Made by a program: the position numbers and the translations under genes. A stretch of 64,000 nucleotides of DNA from Nitrospirales bacterium (GTDB lineage Bacteria > Nitrospirota > Nitrospiria > Nitrospirales > UBA8639): the NCBI GenBank assembly GCA_963422365.1, contig OY729426.1, positions 992,001-1,056,000 on the forward strand, read 5' to 3'. A model generated the notes under the pieces. It had not been told where the DNA came from and did not search any database. It worked only from the letters and a program-made list of their open reading frames with translations. Positions 38,020 through 48,657 of the stretch are shown piece after piece (the first letter of the stretch is position 1; each line of letters opens with the position of its first letter).

Positions 38020-38682
38020 TTACCTTGATAAGTGCGTTTTGCTATCGAGTTTAAACGTCAAGAGGTCGATTAAGCGGCGGGTTTGTTGATGCAGGCTTTC
38101 GGCTTCGAGCAGGAACTGTTTTTCTAGCGGTGTCAAGTCTAAGCACGAGGAAAGACTATTCACAAGCACGGGATCCGTCATGGAGGCCTTGGTCATCAGC
38201 TGACAGAGTTCGTTGGCCTTTCGTGACTGGAGGTAGCGTATCGCTAACGCCATCAGGGTTGCGCGAACGGAATCTTCGGTAATCGCTTGAAACGGTTCAC
38301 TCGGCCCCAACGTGATTTTGGCTTTGCGATACCGCGCATCAAAAAATTCTTTTTCAATCGTATACCGATGCAAGCCTTGCAGGATCAGGTTTGAACGACC
38401 ATCCTGGAGCGGCTGTAGATGTGTAATGCGCCCTACACACCCTAGAGGAAAGACAGGTGGATTGCCATCATACTTCTTTTCCCACCCTTGCTTGAATAAC
38501 ACCATGCCGATACAGACGCCCTCCTGACTGGCCTCTGCGACCATGTCCCGATAGCGAGGCTCGAAAATATGAAGCGGCAAGTAGGTATCGGGAAACAGCA
38601 CCACATTGGAAAGCGGGAAGATCGGAATGATCTCCGGAATGGGAAATGTCTTTGAAGGGGGAGTGTCATTTAATGCAGGCAT
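38020..38682 (-). CDS. LON peptidase substrate-binding domain protein
   Basis: IPIFPL..VLFP..LPLHIFEPRYRDM, DGRSNL, EKQFLLE. Confidence 0.88.
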   Translation of the reverse strand: MPALNDTPPSKTFPIPEIIPIFPLSNVVLFPDTYLPLHIFEPRYRDMVAEASQEGVCIGMVLFKQGWEKKYDGNPPVFPLGCVGRITHLQPLQDGRSNLILQGLHRYTIEKEFFDARYRKAKITLGPSEPFQAITEDSVRATLMALAIRYLQSRKANELCQLMTKASMTDPVLVNSLSSCLDLTPLEKQFLLEAESLHQQTRRLIDLLTFKLDSKTHLSR

Positions 38683-38879
38683 GCGGTACGATAGACGACG
38701 CTCAAAAGCCTTGTCAACGTTGTGATGCTCTGATGGATTGGTTGCTGAATGACAAATTTTCTCTCCAGGAAACCCGATTGTGCAGTCTCTGTTCGGATGT
38801 TCTCGGCCTCGACCAGGAAACCCCGCAGCACGAACGTTCGTGTCGTGACGGGTAGAATTTAGGGGGAGGGTGAAGCGGA

Positions 38880-40046
38880 ATGCCGGGACGGCGTGACGGG
38901 GTGATCAGTCTTTTCTGTGCGCTATCAACGATTTTCAGCGTGCCGATAGGGGCCGCACCTGCCCATGTCTCGTCGGTGAGCGTGGTCCCGGCACAGCCTG
39001 GGTATACCTATACCTTTCCCCGTGATCATGGCTCGCATGAGCACTATGGTCTGGAGTGGTGGTACGTCACCGGCCACGTCTATGACCGGTCAGCGCGACG
39101 ATTCGGCTATGAAGTCACGTTTTTCCGCAAGACCGTCGATGATCCGCGTGTCCACAAGCACCCATCCCGCTGGGCGTTACGGCAACTGTATTTCGCACAC
39201 TTCGCCTTAACCGACGTCGAGGGGGCCACCTTTCGATTTTCCGAAAAATTGAGTCGAGCGGCTTTTGGGAAAGCCGGAGCCGACCCCGATCGGATGAAGG
39301 TCTGGATCGACCGCTGGACCCTGGAATCCGTGACCGAGGATCATCACCAGTTGCATCTCACGGCGAAGGATTCCGGATTCGGCGTCGATTTCACGCTCAC
39401 CCCGAATAAACCGCCCGTTATCCATGGACAAGAAGGGATCAGTCGAAAGGGCGTCGATCCTGGCCAAGCGTCACACTATTATTCACTCACCCGCTTAGCG
39501 ACTCAGGGCATCATCTGGGTTCGCGGCGAACCATTCGAGGTCACAGGGAACAGTTGGATGGACCATGAATTCGGATCCGGTGCACTAGGCGAGGATCAAG
39601 TCGGATGGGATTGGTTTAGCGTGCAATTGGACTCGAATGTCGAATTCATGCTCTATCTCTTGCGTAGACAAAACGGGTCTCATGATCCGATGTCGAGCGG
39701 GACGTTGATCTTTCCGGATGGAACGAGCCGGCATCTGCAACGAACGGACTTCGTGGTTCGAACGTGGCATCAGTGGACCAGCCCGTCAAGCCATGCGCAA
39801 TACCCTGCGAAATGGACACTGGAAATTCCGTCGGTTCCGCTTCACGTGACGGTGACTCCAGTCCTGTCCGATCAGGAGCTGCGAACCGAACACAGTACAC
39901 GGGTGACGTATTGGGAAGGTGCGGTCGACGTGCGCGGCCACTACCGGAATGCGCCTATTGCAGGGAACGGGTACGTCGAACTTACCGGATATGCGAACCC
40001 GCGTGAATTCGACCGTCGTTCACGCAACCACCCTCTGAGCCCATGA
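38880..40046 (+). CDS. AttH/CrtC-like lipocalin-fold protein
   Basis: FPRDHGSH, EWWY.TG, SHYYS, WMDHEF, GWDWF, YWEG, GYVELTGY. Confidence 0.85.
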   Translation: MPGRRDGVISLFCALSTIFSVPIGAAPAHVSSVSVVPAQPGYTYTFPRDHGSHEHYGLEWWYVTGHVYDRSARRFGYEVTFFRKTVDDPRVHKHPSRWALRQLYFAHFALTDVEGATFRFSEKLSRAAFGKAGADPDRMKVWIDRWTLESVTEDHHQLHLTAKDSGFGVDFTLTPNKPPVIHGQEGISRKGVDPGQASHYYSLTRLATQGIIWVRGEPFEVTGNSWMDHEFGSGALGEDQVGWDWFSVQLDSNVEFMLYLLRRQNGSHDPMSSGTLIFPDGTSRHLQRTDFVVRTWHQWTSPSSHAQYPAKWTLEIPSVPLHVTVTPVLSDQELRTEHSTRVTYWEGAVDVRGHYRNAPIAGNGYVELTGYANPREFDRRSRNHPLSP

Positions 40047-41071
40047 CGACCGTCGTTCGACATGCCGTCATCTTTTCGATGCTGGTGAGCATGCTGGTGG
40101 GATGTAGTCAGCGAAGCGATCGAGTGGTCTCAGTCGTGGTGCATCCCAACAAGCCGAAGCTTGTCTATGTGGCGACGCAAGAAGCCGTGTATAAAACCAG
40201 AGACGGGGGGCATGTGTGGCAGCGTTTTTCAGAGGGGTTGAACCGCGTTCGGGTGATGAATGTGGCGATTGATCCGCAGCTTCCGGCTAATGTGTTTGTC
40301 GGAACGCTTGCCGATGGGGTGTACAAAAGTCCCGATGGGGGTCGACGTTGGCTTCCGCGAAATGCCGGCATCCAGAAAGGGACGATCTCTGCCAATGTCA
40401 ATCAACTGGTCTTCGATCCGACTGACTCACAAATCCTGTACGCGGCGACTACCGTTGGGGTGTTCCAAACGAAGGACGGCGGGCAGTCCTGGACGGAGCG
40501 CATGCAAGGCATGAACGAGATCAGTTTTATCGTGGCGTTGGCCGTCGATCCGGTTCGCCCCCATATTCTCTACGCGGGGACAAGCGGTGGGGTCTATCGC
40601 AGTGTTGATGGAGCAGACCATTGGACAAAGGCCAATAACGGGCTTGTCCCCGACGATGCCAAAATGGCTTCTATGGCCTTGGGCGTGAATGAATTGCTGA
40701 TCAACCCTGCTAATCCGGATGAGGTTTATGCGGGGACCACTCAAGGCGTGTTCAAAACTCTCAATAAAGGTGAGGTGTGGACGAGACTGGCGACCGACCT
40801 CGGAGAACTCTATGTGAGCAGTCTCGGGTTGGTCCTGGGAAAGGGGCATCACATCTATATGGGAACCAGCAGGGGAGTCTTTCAAAGCCGGGATGGCGGT
40901 CAAACATGGCGTGCCACCAATGCCGGGTTGGGCAACCTCAATATTCGAGCGATCGCCATGGACCCCCACAATGCACGCGTGCTCTACGTGGGAACAAATG
41001 GCCGTGGCCTCTTTCGCAGTCAAGATGGTGGTGAGTTCTGGGACCATATCCCCTTGGTGCCGAAACCGTAG
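40043..41071 (+). CDS. Beta-propeller lipoprotein with BNR/Asp-box repeats
   Basis: Lipobox LVGC; repeated (S/T)xDGGxxW. Confidence 0.85.
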   Translation: MTTVVRHAVIFSMLVSMLVGCSQRSDRVVSVVVHPNKPKLVYVATQEAVYKTRDGGHVWQRFSEGLNRVRVMNVAIDPQLPANVFVGTLADGVYKSPDGGRRWLPRNAGIQKGTISANVNQLVFDPTDSQILYAATTVGVFQTKDGGQSWTERMQGMNEISFIVALAVDPVRPHILYAGTSGGVYRSVDGADHWTKANNGLVPDDAKMASMALGVNELLINPANPDEVYAGTTQGVFKTLNKGEVWTRLATDLGELYVSSLGLVLGKGHHIYMGTSRGVFQSRDGGQTWRATNAGLGNLNIRAIAMDPHNARVLYVGTNGRGLFRSQDGGEFWDHIPLVPKP

Positions 41072-41554
41072 AGTGCGTGGCGGCCAGGAATTTGTTACCA
41101 ACGGGTAACGAAATTGCAGGGGATGGCCAATGTGTCGTCACGCTTCGATGTGCAGCTCAACTTCTAGGGTTTCGTTTCTTTTTGGCTCACCAAAGCCAAA
41201 AACATTTATCTAATATCCTCTGAGTACCGCTCAAATATTTTTCATGTCATATCGTGACGGCGTTATGGAGAGCTTAGAATAGTCATTGTGTCTTGCATGT
41301 TACCAAATCTAAACGTTCTAGGAGTAAGCAATTCAACCCGATGTCTCGTAGATGAAGTCAATCTATTGTTTTTATTGAAATAAAATTGAAAATTGAAAAA
41401 TATTCAAGAAGTTGCTTGTGGAGTCGTCTCTTTTGATCGTACAAGTCATTATGTGCTACCAATTGGAAACATCACGGAATATTCCTTGATTGCTTAGAAA
41501 ATACATTTATTTTTATTTTCAATATGTTATGAATATTAAAAAAATCGTTCATGA

Positions 41555-41570
41555 TGGCGTGGAAATTGCT
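41555..41570 (+). promoter_or_regulatory. sigma-54 (-24/-12) promoter of nxrAB
   Basis: TGGCGTGGAAATTGCT (GG-N10-GC) in an AT-rich region with IHF-like sites at 41402-41414 and 41517-41529. Confidence 0.7.
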
Positions 41571-41742
41571 TAAAAATAGATGAAGATGAAGTGCCATGAA
41601 TCAATAATTAATGAACCGATGATGAAGCAACAGTCAGGAAAGGGGGTGGTTGGGCAGAGTTTTTCCCCATTAGGGGTTTTTCAATTAATCCATTCCACGT
41701 TAGGCCGACATGGATCGGCCTTTACACGAGGAGGTATTCACA

Positions 41743-44700
41743 ATGTTTCTTTCTAGACGTCAATTTTTAAAAGTGACCACCGGGACGGTCGCGGCAGTGG
41801 CATTGGCGGACAAAGCCTTGGCATTGACTGCACTGCAACCGGTTGTCGAAGTTGGTAATCCGCTGGGCGAGTATCCAGATCGTGCCTGGGAGCGGGTGTA
41901 CCACGATCAGTATCGTTATGATTCATCGTTCACGTGGGTCTGCTCCCCGAACGACACTCACGCCTGTCGCGTGCGTTCCTTTGTGCGTAACGGGGTGGTG
42001 ATGCGGGTGGAGCAAAACTATGACCACCAAACCTACGAAGACCTCTACGGTAATCGCGGGACGTTTGCGCATAATCCGCGGATGTGTTTGAAGGGGTACA
42101 CGATGCATCGACGGGTGTATGGGCCCTATCGGTTGAAAGGCCCCTTGATGCGCCGTGGCTGGAAAGCCTGGATGGATGCGGGAAGCCCGGAATTCACTCC
42201 AGATGTCATGAACAAATACAAATTCACTTCGCGGTACCTGGACGACATGTTGCGGGTAAGCTGGGATACGGCATTTACGTACTTGGCCAAAGCCATGGTG
42301 ATTATTGCGGAACGGTACAGCGGCGAATCCGGCGCCCGTCGGCTGCGTGAGCAAGGCTATCCACCGGAAATGATCGAGATGACCAAGGGCTCGGGCGTGC
42401 GGACTATGAAGTTCCGTGCAGGTATGCCCATCTTGGGCGTGATTGGGAAAATGGCAATTACCCGGCTCAACGGTGGCTGTGGCGCGTTGCTCGACCACTA
42501 CATTCGGAAAGTGAAGCCCAACCAAGCCCAAGGCGGGCGGTATTGGTCGAACTACACTTGGCACGGTGACCAAAACCCAGCGCATCCGTTTTGGTCCGGG
42601 GTGCAAACCTCTGACATCGATATGAGCGACATGCGGTTCTCGAAGTTGAACACGAGCTGGGGTAAGAACTTTGTCGAGAATAAGATGCCGGAAGCGCACT
42701 GGAAGCTCGAGAGCATTGAACGTGGAGCGCGGGTGGTCGTGATCACGCCAGAGTACAATCCAACGGCGTATCGAGCCGACTACTGGATTCCGGTTCGACC
42801 AGAGACGGATGCGGCATTGTTTTTAGGTGCCTGCAAGATCATGTTCGACGAGAACATGCATGACCATGATTTCTGCGCAGCCTATACGGACATGCCGATT
42901 CTGGTTCGTACGGATACGCTGCAATATCTGGATCCGCGCGACGTGATTAAGGGCTATTCATTGCCGGACTTCTCGAAGACCTATTCGGGGAAAGTGCAAA
43001 CGCTCAATCCGGCGAAAATCGCGCGTCTTGGCGGTTTCATGGTGTGGGATATCAATAAGAACCAAGCCGTGCCGATTCACCGGGAGTTAGTGGGTTGGCA
43101 TTACAGGAACAGCGGCATTGAGTCAGCATTGACCGGTACCTACAGGGTGAAGTTGCTGAATGGCAGGGAAGTCGACGTGGCACCGATCTTCCAGTTGTAT
43201 CAAGTCCACTTGCAGGATTACGACTTGGATACGGTGCATCAGATCAACCGGTCCCCGAAGGACCTGATCGTCCGCTGGGCCAGAGATTCCGGTGCTATTA
43301 AACCGGCAACCATTCACAACGGGGAAGGAACGAACCACTACTTTCACCAAACCATCATTGCGCGCGGCGCAGCGATGGTGTTGATTATTTCTGGGAACGT
43401 CGGGAAGTTCGGGACCGGACAACATACCTGGGCAGGGAACTATAAAGCGGGGATCTGGAACGCCACCCCGTGGTCTGGCGGTGGTCTGGGAACGCACACG
43501 GCGGAAAATCCGTTTAAGATTACGACAGATCCGAATGCGCACGGTAAAGAAGTGCACGTGCGTGGGTACTACTATGGTGAAGAAGTGGCTTACTGGAACC
43601 ATGGGGATACGGCGTTGATCGTGAACACGCCGAAGTATGGGCGTCGGGTGTTTACCGGAAAGACGCACATGCCGACCCCAAGTAAGTTCCGGTGGGTGGC
43701 GAATGTGAACGTGGTCAATAACGCCAAACACCACTATGACATGGTCAAGAACGTGGACCCCCACATTGAATGTATTGTCACCCAAGATATTGAGATGACC
43801 TCGGACGTGAACCATGCGGACGTGGCCTTGGGTGTGAATACGTGGATGGAGTTCACGTATCCTGAGCATACGGCGACGGTGTCGAATCCGTGGTTCCAAG
43901 TGTGGAAAGGGGGCATTCGGCCCTTGTATGACACCAGGAACGACCTGGATACCACAGCCGGCGTGGCCGCCAAATTGACCGATATGACGGGCGATGGGCG
44001 GTTCCGTGATTACTTCAAGTTCGTCTACGACAACCGGGTGGACGTATATGTTCAACGGTTGTTGGATGCGAGCTGTACGGCGTATGGGTACAGCGCAGAT
44101 ACCATGCTCAAGTCCGAGAAGGGCTGGATGGTGCTGTGCCGCACCTATCCACGGCAGCCGTTCTGGGAAGAGACGAATGAGAGTAAGCCTCAGTGGACCC
44201 GGACTGGTCGGTATGAGAACTACCGGACGGAACCGGAAGCGATTGAATATGGGGAAAACTTCATCTCGCACAGAGAAGGAACGGAAGCAACGCCGTACTT
44301 GCCGAATGCGATTATGACGACGAACCCCTATGTGCGGCCGGATGACTATGGTATTCCCATCACGGCTCAGCACCATGATGACAAGACGGTACGTAACATT
44401 GCGTTGCCGTGGCAGGAAATCAAGCGGTACTCCAACCCACTGTGGGAGAAGGGGTATCAATTCTACTGCGTGACGCCGAAGACGCGGCATCGTGTACACA
44501 GTCAATGGTCAGTGAACGACTGGGTGCAGATGTATGAGTCGAACTTCGGAGACGCGTATCGGATGGATAAACGAACACCGGGTGTGGGTGAGCATCAATT
44601 GCATATGAACCCGCAAGCGGCAAAAGACCGGGGGATCAACGATGGTGACTATGTATACGTTGACGGTAACCCGGTTGATCGGCCATACCGAGGATGGAAG

Positions 44701-45180
44701 CCGAGCGATCCGTACTACAAAGTGGCTCGGTTGATGATTCGGTCGAAGTACAACCCGGCGTTTCCGTACCATGTAACCATGGCGAAGCATGCGCCGTATG
44801 TGGCAACTGCGAAATCCGTGAAGGGGCATGAAACCCGACCGGATGGACGGGCAATTGCGATGGATACGGGTTATCAATCAAACTTCCGGTATGGAGCGCA
44901 GCAGTCCTTTACCCGTGACTGGTTGATGCCGATGCACCAAACCGACTCACTGCCAGGGAAACATGCTGTGGGCTGGAAGTTTAAATTCGGGTATCAAGTG
45001 GACAACCACGCGGTCAACACAACTCCAAAAGAGTGTCTGATGCGGATTACCAAAGCAGAGGACGGTGGTATTGGCGGAAGGGGTCCATGGGAGCCGGTCC
45101 GGACCGGGTTTACGCCTGGGCAGGAAAATGAGTTTATGATCAAGTGGCTCAAAGGCGACCACATTAAGATCAAGGTGTAA
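41743..45180 (+). CDS. nxrA: Nitrite oxidoreductase alpha subunit (periplasmic, Nitrospira-type)
   Basis: Tat signal MFLSRRQFLK, CSPNDTHAC..CLKG Fe-S motif, NYTWHGDQ, C-terminal GDHIKIKV; GAGGAGG RBS. Confidence 0.97.
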   Translation: MFLSRRQFLKVTTGTVAAVALADKALALTALQPVVEVGNPLGEYPDRAWERVYHDQYRYDSSFTWVCSPNDTHACRVRSFVRNGVVMRVEQNYDHQTYEDLYGNRGTFAHNPRMCLKGYTMHRRVYGPYRLKGPLMRRGWKAWMDAGSPEFTPDVMNKYKFTSRYLDDMLRVSWDTAFTYLAKAMVIIAERYSGESGARRLREQGYPPEMIEMTKGSGVRTMKFRAGMPILGVIGKMAITRLNGGCGALLDHYIRKVKPNQAQGGRYWSNYTWHGDQNPAHPFWSGVQTSDIDMSDMRFSKLNTSWGKNFVENKMPEAHWKLESIERGARVVVITPEYNPTAYRADYWIPVRPETDAALFLGACKIMFDENMHDHDFCAAYTDMPILVRTDTLQYLDPRDVIKGYSLPDFSKTYSGKVQTLNPAKIARLGGFMVWDINKNQAVPIHRELVGWHYRNSGIESALTGTYRVKLLNGREVDVAPIFQLYQVHLQDYDLDTVHQINRSPKDLIVRWARDSGAIKPATIHNGEGTNHYFHQTIIARGAAMVLIISGNVGKFGTGQHTWAGNYKAGIWNATPWSGGGLGTHTAENPFKITTDPNAHGKEVHVRGYYYGEEVAYWNHGDTALIVNTPKYGRRVFTGKTHMPTPSKFRWVANVNVVNNAKHHYDMVKNVDPHIECIVTQDIEMTSDVNHADVALGVNTWMEFTYPEHTATVSNPWFQVWKGGIRPLYDTRNDLDTTAGVAAKLTDMTGDGRFRDYFKFVYDNRVDVYVQRLLDASCTAYGYSADTMLKSEKGWMVLCRTYPRQPFWEETNESKPQWTRTGRYENYRTEPEAIEYGENFISHREGTEATPYLPNAIMTTNPYVRPDDYGIPITAQHHDDKTVRNIALPWQEIKRYSNPLWEKGYQFYCVTPKTRHRVHSQWSVNDWVQMYESNFGDAYRMDKRTPGVGEHQLHMNPQAAKDRGINDGDYVYVDGNPVDRPYRGWKPSDPYYKVARLMIRSKYNPAFPYHVTMAKHAPYVATAKSVKGHETRPDGRAIAMDTGYQSNFRYGAQQSFTRDWLMPMHQTDSLPGKHAVGWKFKFGYQVDNHAVNTTPKECLMRITKAEDGGIGGRGPWEPVRTGFTPGQENEFMIKWLKGDHIKIKV

Positions 45181-45286
45181 CCAGAGATGAAGGGGTGTCG
45201 TTGTTGGGCCCCCACAAGCAACCAAGATCAAATGTGGAATTTTAGAGAGATTGGACTAACTTTGGTTCAAAGAAACGGAGGAACTT

Positions 45287-46576
45287 ATGCCAGAAGTATA
45301 TAATTGGCAATTAGGACGGAAGATGCTGTATCCGTATGAAGAACGGCATCCGAAGTGGCAATTCGCCTTTGTGTTTAACATCAATCGCTGCTTGGCCTGC
45401 CAGACCTGTTCCATGGCTGATAAATCCACATGGCTGTTCTCGAAAGGCCAAGAGTACATGTGGTGGAACAATGTGGAAACGAAACCGTATGGTGGCTATC
45501 CACAGTTCTACGATGTGAAAATCACGCAGTTGATTGAACAAGTCAACCCAGGCGGACAGGTGTGGAACGTGCGGGTCGGTCGCAAACACCATGCGCCGTA
45601 TGGGGTGTTCGAAGGTATGACGATTTTCGATGCCGGGGCGAAAGTGGGCCAGGCAGCGATCGGGTACATACCGACTGACCAAGAATGGCGTTTTGTCAAT
45701 ATTTATGAAGACACGGCCACGTCAATGCGAGCTATTGTGGAAGGCATTGATAAGACCGGTTTTACCAAAGAAGAACCATGGCGCATGACCGGCAGCAGCT
45801 TGCCGGAACATGAAACCTACTTCTTCTACCTGCAACGCATTTGTAACCATTGCACGTATCCAGGTTGTTTGGCCGCCTGTCCGCGGAAAGCCATCTATAA
45901 GAGGCCTGAGGATGGGATTGTGCTGATCGACCAAAATCGGTGTCGTGGGTACAAGAAGTGTGTAGAGCAATGTCCATACAAGAAGCCGATGTATCGGGGC
46001 ACGACTCGGGTAACCGAGAAATGCATTGCATGCTATCCGCGGGTGGAGGGGAAAGATCCTCTCACTGGTGGAGAGCCAATGGAAACCCGGTGTATGGCGG
46101 CCTGCGTGGGTAAGATTCGTTTACAGAACCTCGTCAAGGTTGGTGAGGATGGACTGTGGGCGGAAGATCGCTGGAACCCCCTGTATTACACCATTCGGGT
46201 GGAACAGGTGGCTTTACCGTTGTACCCTCAATGGGGCACGGAGCCGAATGGGTTTTACATTCCCCCACGGCAAGCTCCTCGTGGCTACATCCGGCAGATG
46301 TTTGGGCCTGGCGTGGACAATGCGATCGAGAAGTACTTGGTGCCGAGCCGGGAATTGTTAGCCGTACTCCAGCTGTGGAGAGCGAGCCAGCAAATTATCT
46401 TCCGGTATGATGTGATTCCTGGGCCGAAAGTGTTTGAGACCCAAATACACGGGCGGAAGTTCGAGATGTACAACGACACCGTGTTAGGGTTCAACAAGTC
46501 TGGGAAGGAAGCGGTGCGGCAGCAAGTGGAAGAGCCGATTTACATTCGGCCAGCCGAACGCGCTACTTGGCTGTAA
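45287..46576 (+). CDS. nxrB: Nitrite oxidoreductase beta subunit
   Basis: CLACQTCSMAD, CNHCTYPGCLAAC, CRGYKKCVEQC, CIAC..CMAAC. Confidence 0.97.
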   Translation: MPEVYNWQLGRKMLYPYEERHPKWQFAFVFNINRCLACQTCSMADKSTWLFSKGQEYMWWNNVETKPYGGYPQFYDVKITQLIEQVNPGGQVWNVRVGRKHHAPYGVFEGMTIFDAGAKVGQAAIGYIPTDQEWRFVNIYEDTATSMRAIVEGIDKTGFTKEEPWRMTGSSLPEHETYFFYLQRICNHCTYPGCLAACPRKAIYKRPEDGIVLIDQNRCRGYKKCVEQCPYKKPMYRGTTRVTEKCIACYPRVEGKDPLTGGEPMETRCMAACVGKIRLQNLVKVGEDGLWAEDRWNPLYYTIRVEQVALPLYPQWGTEPNGFYIPPRQAPRGYIRQMFGPGVDNAIEKYLVPSRELLAVLQLWRASQQIIFRYDVIPGPKVFETQIHGRKFEMYNDTVLGFNKSGKEAVRQQVEEPIYIRPAERATWL

Positions 46577-46593
46577 GAGCCGGTAGGGTTTTT

Positions 46594-46629
46594 AAAAAGC
46601 CGGAGGTCTTCGGACCTCCGGCTTTTTTT
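46594..46629 (+). terminator. Intrinsic terminator of nxrAB
   Basis: AAAAAGCCGGAGGTC-TTCG-GACCTCCGGC-TTTTTTT. Confidence 0.92.
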
Positions 46630-46916
46630 GTTTGAAAACGGCACAGTTCCTGAGAACATGGCGGCTTCTCGATAGAAGAATTCCTAAATTTTTTCTGATC
46701 ATCTCGCCATCACGGAGACCAAATAATTTTTGGCTGTCCTCGATAATGAGCCCGTTTGTATTGTGCCTCGGGTAGAGAGGAAAACTCCCAAAAAATGATT
46801 AGATTCCTTCTCTCGATGGTGTATCCTAGACCGATGGTTTTTCTTTTCCCTCAACAGTTCAACAAAGACTCTCTCCTGAGATATGCGAAAAATCGAATAG
46901 ATCGCACAACAACACA

Positions 46917-47399
46917 ATGAGTCTCTCTCCTCCTGATCCTGTCGCTTTTTCAGCTCAGGCTATTCCCTTTTGGGAACTCTTAGAAACCGGCAAGGTTTCC
47001 GATGAGGATCTCAGGACGGAGTCTGTGGCTCAACAATTTGTTGAACGGTTGGGGCATGATGTGTTAAGCCTCCCTTCTCAATTAGTTTCTATCCCCCAGC
47101 TTTCCACGATTCTTGAGCAAATTGATACCAGCCAGAAAATTTTCTTTTTGAAACGCTTACAGGCACCAAGTCCCAGCAGCTTAAAGGAGTTTGCTCCACT
47201 GTATTACGAAGTCATGGCAGCATTTCATCCGTTATTGTTTGCCGGACCCTTTTCTCAAGACATGGTGAATAGGCATCGAGAAGACGGTTCCTGGAGACGC
47301 CCGATGGAGAGAGGGTCAATGAGAACGAAAGGGAACCGACAATGTGCAACGATTCCTAGGGAGCAGAGGACCACGGAAGAAAAATGCCGAGATAAGTAG
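46917..47399 (+). CDS. Hypothetical protein
   Basis: Protein-like N-terminal ~110 aa; the C-terminus looks like read-through. Confidence 0.55.
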   Translation: MSLSPPDPVAFSAQAIPFWELLETGKVSDEDLRTESVAQQFVERLGHDVLSLPSQLVSIPQLSTILEQIDTSQKIFFLKRLQAPSPSSLKEFAPLYYEVMAAFHPLLFAGPFSQDMVNRHREDGSWRRPMERGSMRTKGNRQCATIPREQRTTEEKCRDK

Positions 47400-47453
47400 T
47401 CGATGAGCCAACGAAGTCTGTATAATAGCCTCAGCCTTTTTTTAGGAGGAACA

Positions 47454-47822
47454 ATGAATTCAACTTTACATCGAGCGGTTTCAAGTTTTTACAATCTGAT
47501 TTATGAAGCACAGGCGTTTTCCACAACCATGGCTCGAATCGATTCGGCTGAACATGATCGGTATTTGGGGCGAGTAGAAGGGCTTAATTGGGTGCTTGAT
47601 CGATGCCAAGAGTTTGAAGATGTGGATCAGAATCTCACCACACCCTCGCTTCACAAATTGTTAGGCGATGTCAAATCGGATCTTGATCATGAATTGTCCG
47701 TCCAACGACGAGAAAAGGGCAGAAGGGCCGATGGAAGAGAAGAAGCGCTTATCTTCGTGACCGATTACCTCACGAGTTTGATGACGGCAACAGAAATCGA
47801 GTCGGCTAAAAGCCCTGTGTAG
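47454..47822 (+). CDS. Hypothetical helical protein
   Basis: AGGAGG RBS; internal duplication GRVEGLNWV / GREEALIFV. Confidence 0.75.
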   Translation: MNSTLHRAVSSFYNLIYEAQAFSTTMARIDSAEHDRYLGRVEGLNWVLDRCQEFEDVDQNLTTPSLHKLLGDVKSDLDHELSVQRREKGRRADGREEALIFVTDYLTSLMTATEIESAKSPV

Positions 47823-47897
47823 CATGTCCCATTGGGCTGTCGCTTCTGGGAACGCAATGTCCCGCAATGACTGAGACTGAGAGGTGCGACTTTTTCG

Positions 47898-48152
47898 ATG
47901 TTGATCGCTGATGCATTCAAGTCTCGCTGTATGAGAGAGTGGATTATTTTTGGCATCTGCCTTGGCCTGGGCGGGCATATCGCGTTGGGCCTCTTGCTGC
48001 ATGCTCCGGAACAATGGCCAGCCAATACCCTTTGGCTGTATGGCTTATTATTCACGCTCGCCGTCTATGTGTGCGTGCAGCTGCTTCGCTTGGTATGGTG
48101 GTTTTACCGGGGTGAGCGGCAGGAAGAGTCTGATTCGCAGGAAGAGGCCTAA
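47898..48152 (+). CDS. Small two-TM membrane protein
   Basis: Two hydrophobic helices and an acidic tail. Confidence 0.6.
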   Translation: MLIADAFKSRCMREWIIFGICLGLGGHIALGLLLHAPEQWPANTLWLYGLLFTLAVYVCVQLLRLVWWFYRGERQEESDSQEEA

Positions 48153-48207
48153 CGCGAGAGAGCCTTGTTGCTTGGGGAATGGCGGAGAGTCGGTCGTTGC
48201 CTCTAGC

Positions 48208-48498
48208 TTACAAGATCCCGTCGATGAGGATCCCTTCCTCAATAAGCATGATAGGAATCGTCTCCCTGATCGGATAGGTCACCTTTTTGTCGCTTCGGAG
48301 TAGCCCCCCATCAAGCGGCTCTTTCACCATGTTTCCCCCCTTATTGTGCAATTCCCCATCCGCAATTTTTCGATTCAGGATTTCGAGAGAAGCGGCATCC
48401 AAGAGCGTCATCGCTTGTTTGGTTTCCGGACAACATAAAATTTCTAAAAGCGTGGGATCGATAGGGCTTGCTGGGGATGAACTGCCGTTAGGACTCAT
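48208..48498 (-). CDS. Trm112/YcaR family protein
   Basis: LLEILCCPETK..YPIRETIPIMLIEE. Confidence 0.88.
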   Translation of the reverse strand: MSPNGSSSPASPIDPTLLEILCCPETKQAMTLLDAASLEILNRKIADGELHNKGGNMVKEPLDGGLLRSDKKVTYPIRETIPIMLIEEGILIDGIL

Positions 48499-48657
48499 GA
48501 TTTCTAGACCTGTCTCCCACGTTTTTTATCGAAGATTCCTTTACCGCGTGTAGTTGTGTTCCTCTTCCGTCTTTCATACACTAATACACTAGTCAATCTT
48601 TCGATTGATTGCAAGGCTGCTCAAGGGGCGGGCGTGTTCTCTGGTGAGACATGACGA

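Noticed and set aside
38880..40046. Carotenoid biosynthesis (crtC)
   Set aside because: AttH-like family member with no other crt genes nearby.
43123..44505. 460-aa minus-strand ORF (likewise 11184-12140, 31053-32090, 21745-22629)
   Set aside because: Antisense shadows of real genes caused by codon bias; no recognisable motifs.
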